A DNA stretch of 59,407 nt, filler included. It is 6 parts of 6 records of this genome, joined end to end, with 100 filler letters (N's around TTAATTAATTAA, not from the genome) between each part and the next. Parts side by side here need not be neighbours in the genome. Positions count along the whole stretch, not along the records: positions 38,440 to 46,114 come from SRR31147125_44119; positions 46,215 to 54,111 come from SRR31147125_44131; 4 more parts are not named here. One strand, 5' to 3'. A program made the translations under genes and the position numbers. The notes below the pieces were generated by a model that ran no database searches, was not told the DNA's origin, and saw nothing but the letters and a program-made list of their open reading frames with translations. Numbering within the stretch: position 1 is the first letter of the stretch; each line of letters begins with the position of its first letter. Shown here piece after piece: positions 39,310 through 50,795 of the stretch.

Positions 39310-39678
39310 ATGTTACAACAAGAAAGCCGTATGGCAATCGCTGATAATACAGGTGCTAAAGAAGTACTTGTCATCAAAGTGTTAGGTGGTACGCGCCGTC
39401 GTTATGCAAACATCGGAGACGTTGTTGTTGTTACTGTTAAAAAAGCAGCACCTGCTGGTATGGTTAAAAAAGGTGATGTTTTAAAAGCAGTGATCGTAAG
39501 AACTAAAAAAGGTCTTCGTCGTGCAGATGGCTCATACATCAAATTTGATGAAAATGCAGCAGTTATTATTAAAGACGATATGAACCCACGTGGAACACGT
39601 ATTTTCGGTCCTGTGGCAAGAGAGTTAAGAGAAAAAAACTTTATGAAGATTGTTTCTCTAGCTCCAGAAGTGTTATAA
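39310..39678 (+). CDS. rplN: 50S ribosomal protein L14
   Basis: ADNTGAK and [12 protein letters not shown]. Confidence 0.98.
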   Translation: MLQQESRMAIADNTGAKEVLVIKVLGGTRRRYANIGDVVVVTVKKAAPAGMVKKGDVLKAVIVRTKKGLRRADGSYIKFDENAAVIIKDDMNPRGTRIFGPVARELREKNFMKIVSLAPEVL

Positions 39679-39691
39679 GGAGGTCAAGTCT

Positions 39692-40072
39692 ATGTATATA
39701 AAAACTGGAGATACAGTTGCTGTGATTGCTGGACGTGATCAATTTGTAACTGATAAAAAAGGAGTTAAAACTCGTAAGACAGGTCGCGTCTTAAAAGTTT
39801 ATCCTAAATTAGATAGAGTTTTAGTTGAAGGTGTAAACATGGTTAAAAAACATGAAAGACCTAAAAACCAAAACGATAAAGGCGGCATTATTGAAGTAGA
39901 AGCACCTATCCATGTTTCTAATGTAGCGATTGTTGATCCTAAATCAGGAGAACCTACACGCGTAGGTTACAGATTTAAGACAAACAAAAATGGCGAACAA
40001 GTACTTGGTTCAAATAATAAACCAGTTAAAGTACGTTTTGCTAAAAAATCAGGCGAAAGCCTAGATGACTAA
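39692..40072 (+). CDS. rplX: 50S ribosomal protein L24
   Basis: [14 protein letters not shown] and EAPIHVSNV. Confidence 0.97.
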   Translation: MYIKTGDTVAVIAGRDQFVTDKKGVKTRKTGRVLKVYPKLDRVLVEGVNMVKKHERPKNQNDKGGIIEVEAPIHVSNVAIVDPKSGEPTRVGYRFKTNKNGEQVLGSNNKPVKVRFAKKSGESLDD

Positions 40073-40083
40073 GGAGGTTTAGC

Positions 40084-40623
40084 ATGAGTGGAATTCAAAA
40101 TAGATATGAAACTGTTGTAAAACCAGAACTAGTTAAAGCATTCAATTATTCATCAATTATGGAAGTTCCAAAAATTGATAAAATTGTCGTTAACATGGGT
40201 GTTGGAGACGCAGTATTCAATTCAAAAGTTTTAGATGATGCAGTTGCAGAATTAGAATTATTAACTGGACAAAAACCAGTAGTAACAAAAGCAAAACATT
40301 CAATCTCAAACTTCAAATTAAGAGAAGGTATGCCAATCGGCGCTAAAGTAACATTACGTGGAGCAAAAATGTATCATTTCCTAGAGAAATTGATTGCAGT
40401 TGCATTACCTCGTGTACGTGACTTTAGAGGAATCTCTGCCAATTCATTTGATGGTAGAGGGAACTATACAGTAGGTATAAAAGAACAAATCATTTTCCCA
40501 GAAATTAGCTTAGATAAAGTTAAAAAAGTTCGTGGGATGGATATTGTTATTGTAACAACGGCTAAAACAGATCAAGAAGCACGTGAATTATTACGTGGAC
40601 TTGGTATGCCGTTTAAGAAATAG
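40084..40623 (+). CDS. rplE: 50S ribosomal protein L5
   Basis: [17 protein letters not shown] and FDGRGNY. Confidence 0.98.
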   Translation: MSGIQNRYETVVKPELVKAFNYSSIMEVPKIDKIVVNMGVGDAVFNSKVLDDAVAELELLTGQKPVVTKAKHSISNFKLREGMPIGAKVTLRGAKMYHFLEKLIAVALPRVRDFRGISANSFDGRGNYTVGIKEQIIFPEISLDKVKKVRGMDIVIVTTAKTDQEARELLRGLGMPFKK

Positions 40624-40632
40624 GAGGCGCAC

Positions 40633-40902
40633 ATGGCTAAAAAATCAAAAATCGTTAAAAACGAAAAACGTAAAGAAATCGTCGATCGTTACAGAGACAA
40701 AATTGCTGAATTAAAAGCTGCTGGTGATTACGAAGCACTTCAAAAATTACCTAGAAATGCATCAGCTACTCGTGTAAGAAATCGTGATTCAATTGATGGT
40801 CGTCCAAGAGGATACATGCGCAAGTTTGGCTTATCACGTTTAAAATTTCGTGAATTGGCACACAAAGGTGAACTACCTGGTGTCAAAAAAGCTAGTTGGT
40901 AA
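40633..40902 (+). CDS. rpsN: 30S ribosomal protein S14, 89-aa zinc-independent form
   Basis: [28 protein letters not shown], with no cysteines. Confidence 0.97.
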   Translation: MAKKSKIVKNEKRKEIVDRYRDKIAELKAAGDYEALQKLPRNASATRVRNRDSIDGRPRGYMRKFGLSRLKFRELAHKGELPGVKKASW

Positions 40903-40918
40903 TTAAGGAGGAAGAAAA

Positions 40919-41317
40919 ATGGTTATGACTGATCCAATCGCGGATATGCTGACACGTATTCGTAACGCTAATCACATGCGTCATGGCAAAGTTGAAATTC
41001 CTGCTTCTAGACTTAAATCTGATATTTTAGCAGTTTTAAAGAAAGAAGGATTTATTGTAGACTATGTCGCAGCAAAAGATGGCGTACAAGGAAAAATTGT
41101 TGTCACTTTAAAATACACGCAATCAAAAGAACGTGTAATTAAAGGTTTAAAAAGGATATCGAAACCAGGACTTCGAGTATATGCATCAGTAGATGAATTA
41201 CCAAAAGTTTTAAATGGATTAGGGATTGCATTAATCTCTACATCAAAAGGTATCATGACAGATCGCGAAGCACGCTTAGCCCAAATCGGTGGCGAAGTGT
41301 TAGCTTACGTATGGTAA
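40919..41317 (+). CDS. rpsH: 30S ribosomal protein S8
   Basis: [13 protein letters not shown] and SKPGLRVY. Confidence 0.98.
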   Translation: MVMTDPIADMLTRIRNANHMRHGKVEIPASRLKSDILAVLKKEGFIVDYVAAKDGVQGKIVVTLKYTQSKERVIKGLKRISKPGLRVYASVDELPKVLNGLGIALISTSKGIMTDREARLAQIGGEVLAYVW

Positions 41318-41333
41318 TATAAGGAGGAAAACT

Positions 41334-41873
41334 ATGTCACGTATAGGTAATAAGGTGATTCAAGTTCCTGCTGGTGTTACTGTTACAGTAAGCCCTGAAA
41401 ACTACGTTGTAGTTAAAGGTGCTAAAGGCGAACTTGAATTCCAATTCAATCAAACATTAGGTATTAACTTAGATGGCACTGAATTAACAGTGACACGTTC
41501 TAATGAAGAAATGTTTACGAAAAAAATTCACGGAACAACACGTGCTTTATTGAATAATATGGTTGTTGGTGTTAGTGAAGGATTTAAAAAACAATTAGAA
41601 ATCCGCGGTGTTGGTTATAGAGCTCAGCTTAAAGGCAACACAGTGGTATTAAGTATGGGTTTCTCACACCCAGTAGAACTTCCAGTTCCTGAAGGTGTAT
41701 CAGTAGAAATTCCTAAAAACACAAGTGTGATTATCACAGGTGCAGACAAACAAGCTGTTGGCGAGTTTGCAGCAAAAATTAGAAGCGTTAAGAAACCAGA
41801 ACCTTATCTTGGAAAAGGTATTCGTTATGTTGATGAATATGTTCCACGTAAAGCTGGTAAAACTGCTAAATAA
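41334..41873 (+). CDS. rplF: 50S ribosomal protein L6
   Basis: MSRIG, GVGYRA and [11 protein letters not shown]. Confidence 0.98.
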   Translation: MSRIGNKVIQVPAGVTVTVSPENYVVVKGAKGELEFQFNQTLGINLDGTELTVTRSNEEMFTKKIHGTTRALLNNMVVGVSEGFKKQLEIRGVGYRAQLKGNTVVLSMGFSHPVELPVPEGVSVEIPKNTSVIITGADKQAVGEFAAKIRSVKKPEPYLGKGIRYVDEYVPRKAGKTAK

Positions 41874-41890
41874 GAGAGGATGATATAAAA

Positions 41891-42244
41891 ATGATTAAGA
41901 AAATATCTAAAAACGTTAGTCGTAAAAAACGTCATCTTCGTATCCGTAAAATTGTTAAGGGTACAAGCGATAGACCAAGATTAAGTGTTTATCGTTCTAA
42001 TAAAGCAGTATATGCTCAATTAATAGATGATGTAAATCAAGCAACACTTTATAGCGCACGTAGTCAAGAATTGGGTCTTAAGCATGCAAATATAGAAGCA
42101 GCTAAGGCAGTTGGGAAATTAATTGCTGAGAAAGCTATTGCTGGTGGCGTTAAAAATGTAGTCTTTGATCGTAGTGGGTATCTTTATCACGGACGTATTA
42201 AAGAACTTGCTGACGCTGCACGTAGTGCTGGCTTAGAGTTTTAA
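41891..42244 (+). CDS. rplR: 50S ribosomal protein L18
   Basis: RPRLSVYRS and [11 protein letters not shown]. Confidence 0.98.
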   Translation: MIKKISKNVSRKKRHLRIRKIVKGTSDRPRLSVYRSNKAVYAQLIDDVNQATLYSARSQELGLKHANIEAAKAVGKLIAEKAIAGGVKNVVFDRSGYLYHGRIKELADAARSAGLEF

Positions 42245-42255
42245 GGAGGAAGCAA

Positions 42256-42759
42256 ATGGCTAGATTTAAAAGAGAACCTCAAGAAAAACAATTTGAGGAA
42301 CGCGTAGTTTCGATTAACCGTGTGACAAAAGTTGTTAAAGGTGGACGTCGCTTCCGATTTGCAGCTCTAGTTGTAATCGGTGATAAAAAAGGTAAGGTAG
42401 GTTTTGGAACTGGTAAAGCTTCAGAAGTACCTGACGCAATCAAAAAAGCGATTGAAAATGCAAAAGCAAATTTAATTACTGTACCTTCAGTAGGATCAAC
42501 AATTCCTCATGAAGTGACAGGTGTATTTGGTGCTGGTAGAGTATTCTTAAAACCTGCATCAGAAGGTACTGGTGTGATCGCCGGTGGTCCAGTTCGTGCT
42601 GTTTTCGAACTAGCTGGTATTCATGACATTTTATCTAAATCAATTGGAACAAGTACACCAATCAATATGATTCGTGCAACATTCGAAGGTCTAAAATCAC
42701 TTAGAACTGCTGAACAAGTTGCTGCGCTTCGTGGTGTAGATGTTGCGGAGTTAGGTTAA
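42256..42759 (+). CDS. rpsE: 30S ribosomal protein S5
   Basis: [12 protein letters not shown] and GTGVIAGG. Confidence 0.98.
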   Translation: MARFKREPQEKQFEERVVSINRVTKVVKGGRRFRFAALVVIGDKKGKVGFGTGKASEVPDAIKKAIENAKANLITVPSVGSTIPHEVTGVFGAGRVFLKPASEGTGVIAGGPVRAVFELAGIHDILSKSIGTSTPINMIRATFEGLKSLRTAEQVAALRGVDVAELG

Positions 42760-42760
42760 T

Positions 42761-42940
42761 ATGAAAGTACAAATCAAATTAACAAGAAGCCTTATTGGCA
42801 GAAAGCCTAATCAAGTTAAAACAGCACATGCATTAGGATTAAGAAAAATGAATCAAGTAGTCGTGAAAGAAGTAAATGATGCAGTTAAAGGTATGATAAA
42901 TACAATCTCTCATTTAGTTTCTGTAAGCGAAGTTGAGTAA
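42761..42940 (+). CDS. rpmD: 50S ribosomal protein L30 (59 aa, absent from the ORF track)
   Basis: Manual translation: [59 protein letters not shown]. Confidence 0.96.
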   Translation: MKVQIKLTRSLIGRKPNQVKTAHALGLRKMNQVVVKEVNDAVKGMINTISHLVSVSEVE

Positions 42941-42952
42941 GGAGGTAGGACA

Positions 42953-43390
42953 ATGTTAAACGAATTAAAACCAGTCGCTGGTGCTCGTAAGAGTAGAAAA
43001 CGTCTTGGTCGTGGTACTGGTAGTGGTACTGGTAAAACATCAGGTAAAGGTCACAAAGGCCAACTTGCTCGCTCAGGCGGACGTCCTCGTCCAGGGTTTG
43101 AAGGTGGACAACTTCCATTTTTCCAAAGACTCCCTAAAAGAGGATTCAAAAATATTAATAGAAAAGAATATGCAGTCGTTAATTTAAAAGATTTAAATCG
43201 TTTTAATGACGGTGATGTAGTTACACCAGAATTATTGATTTCAGCACATTTAGTAAAAGATGTTAAATCAGGTATTAAAGTACTAGCAAGTGGTGAACTT
43301 GAAAAGAAATTAACTGTAAAAGCTAATTTATTCTCAAAAGCTGCAGAAGCAGCAATTACTAAAGCTGGTGGAACTGTAGAGGTGATTTAA
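42953..43390 (+). CDS. rplO: 50S ribosomal protein L15
   Basis: [11 protein letters not shown] and [12 protein letters not shown]. Confidence 0.98.
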   Translation: MLNELKPVAGARKSRKRLGRGTGSGTGKTSGKGHKGQLARSGGRPRPGFEGGQLPFFQRLPKRGFKNINRKEYAVVNLKDLNRFNDGDVVTPELLISAHLVKDVKSGIKVLASGELEKKLTVKANLFSKAAEAAITKAGGTVEVI

Positions 43391-43391
43391 A

Positions 43392-44702
43392 GTGTGGACA
43401 CGTATAAAGAGAGTTCTAAGTAATAAAACGATAATGCTACGTATAGCATTTACGTTGATGATATTGTTATTTGTTAGAATCTTAGCTAATACGACTATCC
43501 CACTTGTTGAAACTAGTGCGGTTGTTGATTATATTCAAAATAGTGATTATTTCGCAATCTTAAATAGTTTCAGTGGTCAATCACTACAAAATTTATCCAT
43601 TCTTTCATTAGGGGTTACTCCATATATTACAGCATCTATTGCTATTCAATTATTACAAATGGTTATTCCTAAATTTAAAGAATTAGCTGAACAAGGTGAG
43701 ACAGGTAAGCAAAAGCTTAATAAGATCACACGTTATTTAGCACTTGGATTAGCATTTATTCAAGCATTAGCACTTATTATGGGTCTATCAACTAGAGGTA
43801 GTTTGTTAGTTTCTAGTTTAGATGGAGCTGTTGCAGATAGATATCGTTTCTTCTTCTATGTTTACATGGCATTAGTGATGGCATCAGGTACTGCACTTGC
43901 TATGTGGTTTGCTAGTCTTATTACAAAAAAAGGTGTAGGTAATGGTACTTCAATGTTAATTGTTGCAGGTATTGTCACTTCACTACCAACCATGATGACA
44001 GTATTATGGTCAAAATATATTACTGGTGCAACTAATGGCTGGTCATATGTAATCTTTGCATTTATTATCTTACTGTATTTCGGTATTCTACTTGGTGTTG
44101 TTTATATGCAAATTGCACAACGTAAAATTCCAATACAATATGCGAATCGTTCTGGTAAATCAGATTCTAATATTCCAATGAAACTTAATGTCGGTGGTGT
44201 GATTCCAGTCATCTTTGCATCAACACTTACAAGTATTCCGCTATCTATTGTCGGTGCACTTGACACAACTGGCAATTCTGGACTTACAAATTGGTTAACA
44301 GCAATTTTTAGTTCAAGTCAACCTATTGGATTTATTCTATATGTGGTATTAATTGTTATCTTTGCATTCTTTTATGCATTCTTACAAATCAATCCACAAA
44401 AAATGTCTGATAACTTATCAAAATCAAATGCATACATTCCAGGTGTTAGACCAGGGATTGATACACAAGATTATATCGCAAGTTTATTATTTAAAATTTC
44501 AGTAATTGGTACAACATACTTAGTAGTACTTGCTATATTACCAATTATTACATCCGTTGTATTTGGCTTTACTTCTACAGAAGCATCAGCAATTCGTTTA
44601 GGTGGGACATCATTATTGATTATCGTCGGGGTTGCTATTGAAACAACACAACAAGTAGAAACAGATGCAAGTCAAAACGAATATGGATCAATATTCAGAT
44701 AA
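43392..44702 (+). CDS. secY: preprotein translocase subunit SecY
   Basis: LGVTPYITASI, GVGNGTS, GVIPVIFA, IPGVRPG and GGTSLLI. Confidence 0.97.
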   Translation: MWTRIKRVLSNKTIMLRIAFTLMILLFVRILANTTIPLVETSAVVDYIQNSDYFAILNSFSGQSLQNLSILSLGVTPYITASIAIQLLQMVIPKFKELAEQGETGKQKLNKITRYLALGLAFIQALALIMGLSTRGSLLVSSLDGAVADRYRFFFYVYMALVMASGTALAMWFASLITKKGVGNGTSMLIVAGIVTSLPTMMTVLWSKYITGATNGWSYVIFAFIILLYFGILLGVVYMQIAQRKIPIQYANRSGKSDSNIPMKLNVGGVIPVIFASTLTSIPLSIVGALDTTGNSGLTNWLTAIFSSSQPIGFILYVVLIVIFAFFYAFLQINPQKMSDNLSKSNAYIPGVRPGIDTQDYIASLLFKISVIGTTYLVVLAILPIITSVVFGFTSTEASAIRLGGTSLLIIVGVAIETTQQVETDASQNEYGSIFR

Positions 44703-44716
44703 TAGGAGATGATGGA

Positions 44717-45367
44717 ATGAGAGTCATTATGATGGGCCCTCCTGGCGTAGGTAAGGGTACTGCTTCTAAGCAGATCATGAAACAATATCAAATTCCACAC
44801 ATTTCTACAGGTGACATATTCAGAGAATTATTTAGTAATGATTCCGAAATCGGAAAAGTTGCTAAATCATATATTGATCGTGGAGCATTAGTTCCTGATG
44901 ATATAACAAATGAAATTGTACGATTGAGACTTGAAAAAGAGGATGTTCATCATGGATTTTTATTCGATGGGTATCCTCGCAATATCAATCAAGCAAATGC
45001 TTTAGATCAAGTGCTCAAGAGCAAAGGTTGGAAAATTGATGCAGTTTTCGATATTCAAGCAGACGACAAAGTACTTATTAACAGAATAAGTGGTAGAAGA
45101 GTTTGTGAGACTTGTGGAGCTGTTTATCATATTGACAACAATAAACCTAAAGTTGAAGGCATCTGTGATTTAGACGGTGGAAAATTGATACAACGCGTTG
45201 ATGATCGTGCTGAAACCATTGCACATCGCATCAGCGTTTATAAAGAACAAACACAACCATTAATTAAATGGTATGATGAAAAAAAATTGATTGTTCATAT
45301 TGATGGGGCTAAAACAATAGACCATACACTTGAACAAATCGCGAAAGTTTTAGGTGAGTTGAATTGA
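44717..45367 (+). CDS. adk: adenylate kinase
   Basis: [20 protein letters not shown] and a LID with CETC..CDLD. Confidence 0.97.
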   Translation: MRVIMMGPPGVGKGTASKQIMKQYQIPHISTGDIFRELFSNDSEIGKVAKSYIDRGALVPDDITNEIVRLRLEKEDVHHGFLFDGYPRNINQANALDQVLKSKGWKIDAVFDIQADDKVLINRISGRRVCETCGAVYHIDNNKPKVEGICDLDGGKLIQRVDDRAETIAHRISVYKEQTQPLIKWYDEKKLIVHIDGAKTIDHTLEQIAKVLGELN

Positions 45368-46114
45368 TCCAAATAAAATCAAAACGCGAGATAGATTTAA
45401 TGAGAGAAGCCGGACGCATCTTAGCATTAACTAGACAAATGGTTAAAGACCACATTAGACCTGGGGTCTCAACATATCATCTCGATCAACTCGCTGAAAA
45501 CCATATTAAGAGTCTTGGAGGCATCCCTTCATTTAAAGGATATCAAGGTTTTCCAGGATCAATCTGTGCTTCAGTCAATGAAGTTGTTGTTCATGGTATT
45601 CCTTCTAAAAAAGATATTTTAAAAGAAGGAGACATTGTTACATTAGACTTCGGTGTAAATTATAAAGGTTATCATGCTGATTCAGCAACAACCTATCCAG
45701 TAGGAAAAATAAGTGATGAAGTTAAAAAACTACTCGATATTACAGAACAATCACTTTACGAAGGGTTAAAATTTGCAAAACCGGGTAACCGTGTATCTGA
45801 TATGTCACATGCCATTGAAACATTTGTTAAACCTTATGGTTATGGCATCGTAGAAGAATTTACAGGACATGGTATTGGACAAAGCTTACATGAAGATCCA
45901 TTTATTCCTAATTATGGTGAGCCACATAAAGGCCCTATATTAAAGCCAGGCATGACCATGTGTGTTGAACCTATGTTAAATCTAGGCACAAAACATGTGA
46001 GAGTCTTAAGAGATAATTGGACAACAATTACAACAGATCATAAACCCAGTGCACATTTTGAACACATGATATTAATTACAGAAACTGGATATGAAATTTT
46101 GACATCTTTAAAAA
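45364..46114 (+). CDS. map: type I methionine aminopeptidase, 3' end cut by the contig edge
   Basis: [20 protein letters not shown] and SAHFEH. Confidence 0.96.
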
Positions 46115-46214
46115 NNNNNNNNNNNNNNNNNNNNNNNNNNNNNNNNNNNNNNNNNNNNTTAATTAATTAANNNNNNNNNNNNNNNNNNNNNNNNNNNNNN
46201 NNNNNNNNNNNNNN
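46115..46214. other. artificial contig linker
   Basis: N44-TTAATTAATTAA-N44. Confidence 0.99.
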
Positions 46215-46362
46215 AAAAAAATAAATCCTGTTAAAATACTGATTAAGCGTTATAAATACAACTGTTTCCACCAGTTCCACTGTCAAACTTTGAGAAAATA
46301 ATGAGTATCAGCAGTCTACATATATAAAAATAATCGCTTAAATACTCTAAAAATACGATGAA

Positions 46363-49300
46363 ATGCTATCACTTATGAAAATTCACTCTAAATCACCAGC
46401 CAATGCAGGAAAACTGACGTTATCAAGTTTTTTCCGCTACGTAACAAAGCAGACTCAGGTATTTCTGAGTTATACACTCCTGCTTACCCTGATAATAGGT
46501 ATTACTCTAATACAAACATTCCCACTCCATGCTTTTGACTCCGAAGCAACAATTACCATAGCACAGCCAAAAGCTGGCTTCAAAACCAGTATGCCCGCTG
46601 ATAACTATCAGGATCTCAACAAAATTTCAACTGATTTCATCAAAAATATTATTAAGAAGAACAAATGGAATGCTGAGTTTATCACTACAGAGTCTGTACC
46701 ACAGACACTTACCATGATGCGTGCAGGAAAGATCGACATCCTCCCTTTATTCAATAAGAATAAAGCTATAGACACCAGAGGCATAGTACCTGCAGCCAGC
46801 ACATTTTTCCAATTGAACACAACGATCTACACATCCAGAGACTCCGGAGTCTCATTTTTACAGGACATTGCCGGTAAATCCCTAGCCACCCCTCTCTCCG
46901 GTAAACTCTATAAAGACCTTACTGATTATTTCAAAAAGAAAAGAATCAGAGTCAAATTCGTAACAGTAGACAATAATACAGAGGCTATCAAACTTTTAAA
47001 ATCCGGAAAAGCTGCTGCGATTGCTGGTATAGACTATTTTCTCAACCGACTACTGCAACAGACCAACCAAACAACAACTATAATTAATACTGGCTATACT
47101 TTCAGCCATATACCGCTCACACTGATTGTCTCAGAAAACTTCCTCAGCAGAGACCCGCAGATCTTTGCAAGTATCAATGACTCACTGAGCAAAGTAACCT
47201 CTACCAGAGCCAATAGGCTCAATAATATCTATGACAAAATTACAGCTTCTGAGGAGATACTCTATAATAAGAATGAAATAATTACAATTGCAATCATCGC
47301 TATCCTGCTGACAATAATCCTCTATTTTCAGTATATTCATCGAAAAGATCTATTGGAATACCAGCGTTTTTCCCTTCATAACAAACGCTTAAAAAACAAG
47401 ATAACAACTTACCAGAAAAGGCTATCAGAAAAACAGGCAATAATCAACACTGTCATCTCAGCCACTTATAAAGTAGATATCAAAACAGGTCATTTTACAG
47501 GTGATGACAATTTCTTTCTTATTATGAATGGTGAAGTCAAGGACTACCTTACCTATCAGGAAGTCCTCGACCACCTCGTTACTGCCGACTTTACCAGACT
47601 CTTCTCTCACGGTCGTGATCTCAATGCAGCTGAAGGACAACTCGAGCTGGAACCTGTTACTGGCAGAGTCTTTGATGCAAATAATAACCTTCGCTATATC
47701 CGCATCTTCTCCAAAAGTTATTATGATCAGCAAGGTGCTCTGGAATACAGAAGCGGAGTAATAATTGATGTAACTAAAGAGATGCTCAACAAAGCCGACT
47801 CACAGCTAGCAAATAATGAACTCAGCTATATACAGAAGATTGCCAAAGTCGCCACTTGGCAGATAAACACCAGTGATATTGATTATATTATTACCTGCCG
47901 AGAGTTTTTTGATATCATCGGCCTGCAGTACAGTGGCAACAACACCCTCCATAGATCTATACTAGAACTTATCTTTGACAAGGAAAACCTCAGCATTATC
48001 CAACAGCTATATATGAATTTTGAAACAGAAAGCTCAACTGACTTTGATGATGTATTACCAATTATCACTCTCGATACAGCTGAAAAAAAGTATATACATA
48101 TCTACTCTAATAAAGTCAATATATCTTTGAATGACAATACAATCGTAACAGGATTTATTCAGGATATAACAGAGCGCTACACCGAACAGGCTCGAGCAGA
48201 GAACACCAGCAAAATGAAAGCACTCGGCAGACTTGCCGGCAGAGTTGCACACGATTTCAATAACCAGCTATACGGTATTCTCGGTTTTTCAGAAATGATC
48301 CAGAAAGAAGAAATCTCCAACACTGCCAGAGAATACCTTGAATATGTTATTCTTTCAGCCGAACAGGCATCTGATCTTATCAAGAACCTCCTGCATTTCT
48401 CCCGCAATTACTCACAGGAACTTGAACGCATTAATATCAAAGAAGTTACGAACAATGCGATCAGCTACCTAACTCACATATTTGATACAGACATAAAGAT
48501 TAAGAAGAATATCACCAGTGCTGCGATTACAATTCTTGGTGATTATAACGAAATAAAATCAACTCTTGTAGGTTTAGGAACAAACGCCCGTAATGCAATT
48601 AACAAAACCGGCAACAACAGCGGAGAGATAACTTACGCAATTACCCCATTAGAGGTTACAGAAGACGTTCTTGATGAAATGGAGGCTGATTTAAACCTTG
48701 GAAACTATGCTGTTATCAGCATACAGGATAATGGCTGCGGTATGTCTGCAGATCAACAGCTAGAGGTACTCAAACCATTCTATGCAGCCAAAGAGGATGC
48801 TGATGACACAGAAGAGAATGCCGGCAACGATCTAGCAACGATCTATGAGATTGCCCGTTCCCTTGGAGGAGGGCTTAAAATTAACAGCAATGTCGACCAG
48901 GGTACCAAGGTATCACTCTTCCTTCCCGCAATTGAGATTACCCTGGAAAATTCTTTGACTTCCGGAGATCATATAGGCGATCTCAATCTTTCAGGCAAGA
49001 ATATATTTGTTATTGATACAGACAAAGTTATACTAAGACAGTTCAAGATTATCTTCGAAACTTGGGGATGTTCTTTCAAGCTTGAAAATAATTCTGAAAA
49101 TGCTCTCAAAGAATTTCTTAACAAAAACATAAAATATGATATAATAATCATTGATTTGTTTATGCCTGAGATCGACGGAGTAAGTTTATATAATAGAATC
49201 TTGAATATTGCTCCAGAGACAAAAATCATTCTGATGAGTGGTTATTATGATCATGAATACTTTGAAAATGCCCAAAACTGCGGTGTCAGTGCGTTTATTG

Positions 49301-49368
49301 AGAAACCGATTACTCAAGGTATTCTATTAAAGAAAATTACAGAAATTTTAAATAATGAAAACAGATAA
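46363..49368 (+). CDS. hybrid sensor histidine kinase (periplasmic SBP-3-like sensor, PAS-like domains, HisKA, HATPase, REC)
   Basis: Two TM helices flank an SBP-like domain. H box LAGRVAHDFNN, NARNA, DNGCGM, and REC IIDLFMPEIDG..FIEKP. Confidence 0.9.
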   Translation: MLSLMKIHSKSPANAGKLTLSSFFRYVTKQTQVFLSYTLLLTLIIGITLIQTFPLHAFDSEATITIAQPKAGFKTSMPADNYQDLNKISTDFIKNIIKKNKWNAEFITTESVPQTLTMMRAGKIDILPLFNKNKAIDTRGIVPAASTFFQLNTTIYTSRDSGVSFLQDIAGKSLATPLSGKLYKDLTDYFKKKRIRVKFVTVDNNTEAIKLLKSGKAAAIAGIDYFLNRLLQQTNQTTTIINTGYTFSHIPLTLIVSENFLSRDPQIFASINDSLSKVTSTRANRLNNIYDKITASEEILYNKNEIITIAIIAILLTIILYFQYIHRKDLLEYQRFSLHNKRLKNKITTYQKRLSEKQAIINTVISATYKVDIKTGHFTGDDNFFLIMNGEVKDYLTYQEVLDHLVTADFTRLFSHGRDLNAAEGQLELEPVTGRVFDANNNLRYIRIFSKSYYDQQGALEYRSGVIIDVTKEMLNKADSQLANNELSYIQKIAKVATWQINTSDIDYIITCREFFDIIGLQYSGNNTLHRSILELIFDKENLSIIQQLYMNFETESSTDFDDVLPIITLDTAEKKYIHIYSNKVNISLNDNTIVTGFIQDITERYTEQARAENTSKMKALGRLAGRVAHDFNNQLYGILGFSEMIQKEEISNTAREYLEYVILSAEQASDLIKNLLHFSRNYSQELERINIKEVTNNAISYLTHIFDTDIKIKKNITSAAITILGDYNEIKSTLVGLGTNARNAINKTGNNSGEITYAITPLEVTEDVLDEMEADLNLGNYAVISIQDNGCGMSADQQLEVLKPFYAAKEDADDTEENAGNDLATIYEIARSLGGGLKINSNVDQGTKVSLFLPAIEITLENSLTSGDHIGDLNLSGKNIFVIDTDKVILRQFKIIFETWGCSFKLENNSENALKEFLNKNIKYDIIIIDLFMPEIDGVSLYNRILNIAPETKIILMSGYYDHEYFENAQNCGVSAFIEKPITQGILLKKITEILNNENR

Positions 49369-50494
49369 TATTCGATTTACAGTACTTATTGCAGATGATG
49401 ACGAAGTAAGCTTGAGTTTACTGCAGGCAATACTGGAGAGTGAGTATAATATTATAACCGTGGACAACGGTAAGAGTGCTCGCGATCTTGCTCTAAAGAA
49501 AAAACCTGACCTAATTATTCTCGATGTCCAGATGCCGAAAATGAACGGCTATGAGGTCTGTCGAGAACTGAACAACAACCCGTCTACCCATGATATTCCA
49601 GTTATCTTTGTCTCGGGTCTAAGCAATACAGACAGTGAAAAGAAAGGTTTTGAAGCAGGTGCAGTAGATTATATTGTCAAGCCTCTACGAGCTCAGATAA
49701 TTTATCACCGTGTCAAAAACCACCTTTTTCTTGCAAACCAGCAACACATATGTAATTATGAAATTGCCCAGAAAACCCGACAACTTAGAGAAGCTACAAT
49801 AGAACAGATAATGGCTCTGATGCGTGCAGCCCGCTTCAAAGAGCATGAAACAGCCAACCATACCCTGCGTACCGGGCTTATGGCATGGATGATTGCAACA
49901 GATCTTGATATGGGCAAACAATGGGCGCAACAGATATTCATGGCAGCACCGATGCATGATATCGGTAAAATTGGTGTACCTGATGAAATCCTCCTCTCCC
50001 CGCTTAATCTACGTAAAGATAAGCCTGAATGGTGGAAGTTAATGAAAGAGCATACCAACTATGGCAGAGACATTATTGGTAAGAATCTTCATACAGGCAT
50101 AATGAATATGGCTGCAAATATTGCGATCGGACATCATGAAAAGATGGACGGTTCTGGCTATCCTTATGGATTGACAGGAAAAGACATCCCGCTTGAAGCA
50201 AGACTTACCTCTGTAGTGGATATGATAGATGCCATGATGGATAAATCCCGCCCGTACAGAACAGGGGCAATACCAGATGAGACAATCAAAGCCATACTTA
50301 CCAGAGAAAAAGGCATACAGCTTGACGACACAGTTGTGGAGTCAACTTTCAAAAACTGGGATATAATCAAAGGGATGCATGAATTATTCTCAGGGGTGAA
50401 AGTACCGCTCAAAGATTATGTCTATCTGAGTGAATATGAACTTGCTGATACTCTCAACAGTATCTTCTCAGGCATCAGCAAAAAAACTGTTTAA
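49355..50494 (+). CDS. response regulator with an HD-GYP cyclic-dinucleotide phosphodiesterase domain (RpfG-like)
   Basis: REC (ADDD, LDVQMPKMNG, KP), HDIGKIG and HHEKMDGSGYP. Overlaps the kinase gene. Confidence 0.93.
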   Translation: MKTDNIRFTVLIADDDEVSLSLLQAILESEYNIITVDNGKSARDLALKKKPDLIILDVQMPKMNGYEVCRELNNNPSTHDIPVIFVSGLSNTDSEKKGFEAGAVDYIVKPLRAQIIYHRVKNHLFLANQQHICNYEIAQKTRQLREATIEQIMALMRAARFKEHETANHTLRTGLMAWMIATDLDMGKQWAQQIFMAAPMHDIGKIGVPDEILLSPLNLRKDKPEWWKLMKEHTNYGRDIIGKNLHTGIMNMAANIAIGHHEKMDGSGYPYGLTGKDIPLEARLTSVVDMIDAMMDKSRPYRTGAIPDETIKAILTREKGIQLDDTVVESTFKNWDIIKGMHELFSGVKVPLKDYVYLSEYELADTLNSIFSGISKKTV

Positions 50495-50641
50495 TTGAGC
50501 AAATAACCTAATCGTTAAAGAGTAGCAGCAGATTTTCATTTCAACTATAATTAAAAATATTATAGTCAACAGGATTGTTTTCCCTGATTGCCGCACTTTG
50601 ACTTATAAAATCGAGTAAAGTTTTAAAAAATATTAATTTTG

Positions 50642-50670
50642 TTGCTTAATTTTGAGTATTACATTATCTT
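50642..50670 (+). promoter_or_regulatory. putative sigma70 promoter for cheV
   Basis: TTGCTT-N17-TATCTT in an AT-rich context. Confidence 0.3.
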
Positions 50671-50795
50671 ATTAAACGTAGGATATATTATTATTAAAAT
50701 AGTTGTTGTTTTTAAGTGTGGTAATTACTTTTTAATTCTGCAGTCAAACAAACCTGACGATTAAAAGTAATTTCAGTGTGTGAAAGGTAAATAGT

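Noticed and set aside
50541..50570. dif/Xer site
   Set aside because: The spacer between ATAA and TTAT is 9 nt rather than 6, and the XerD arm is a poor match.
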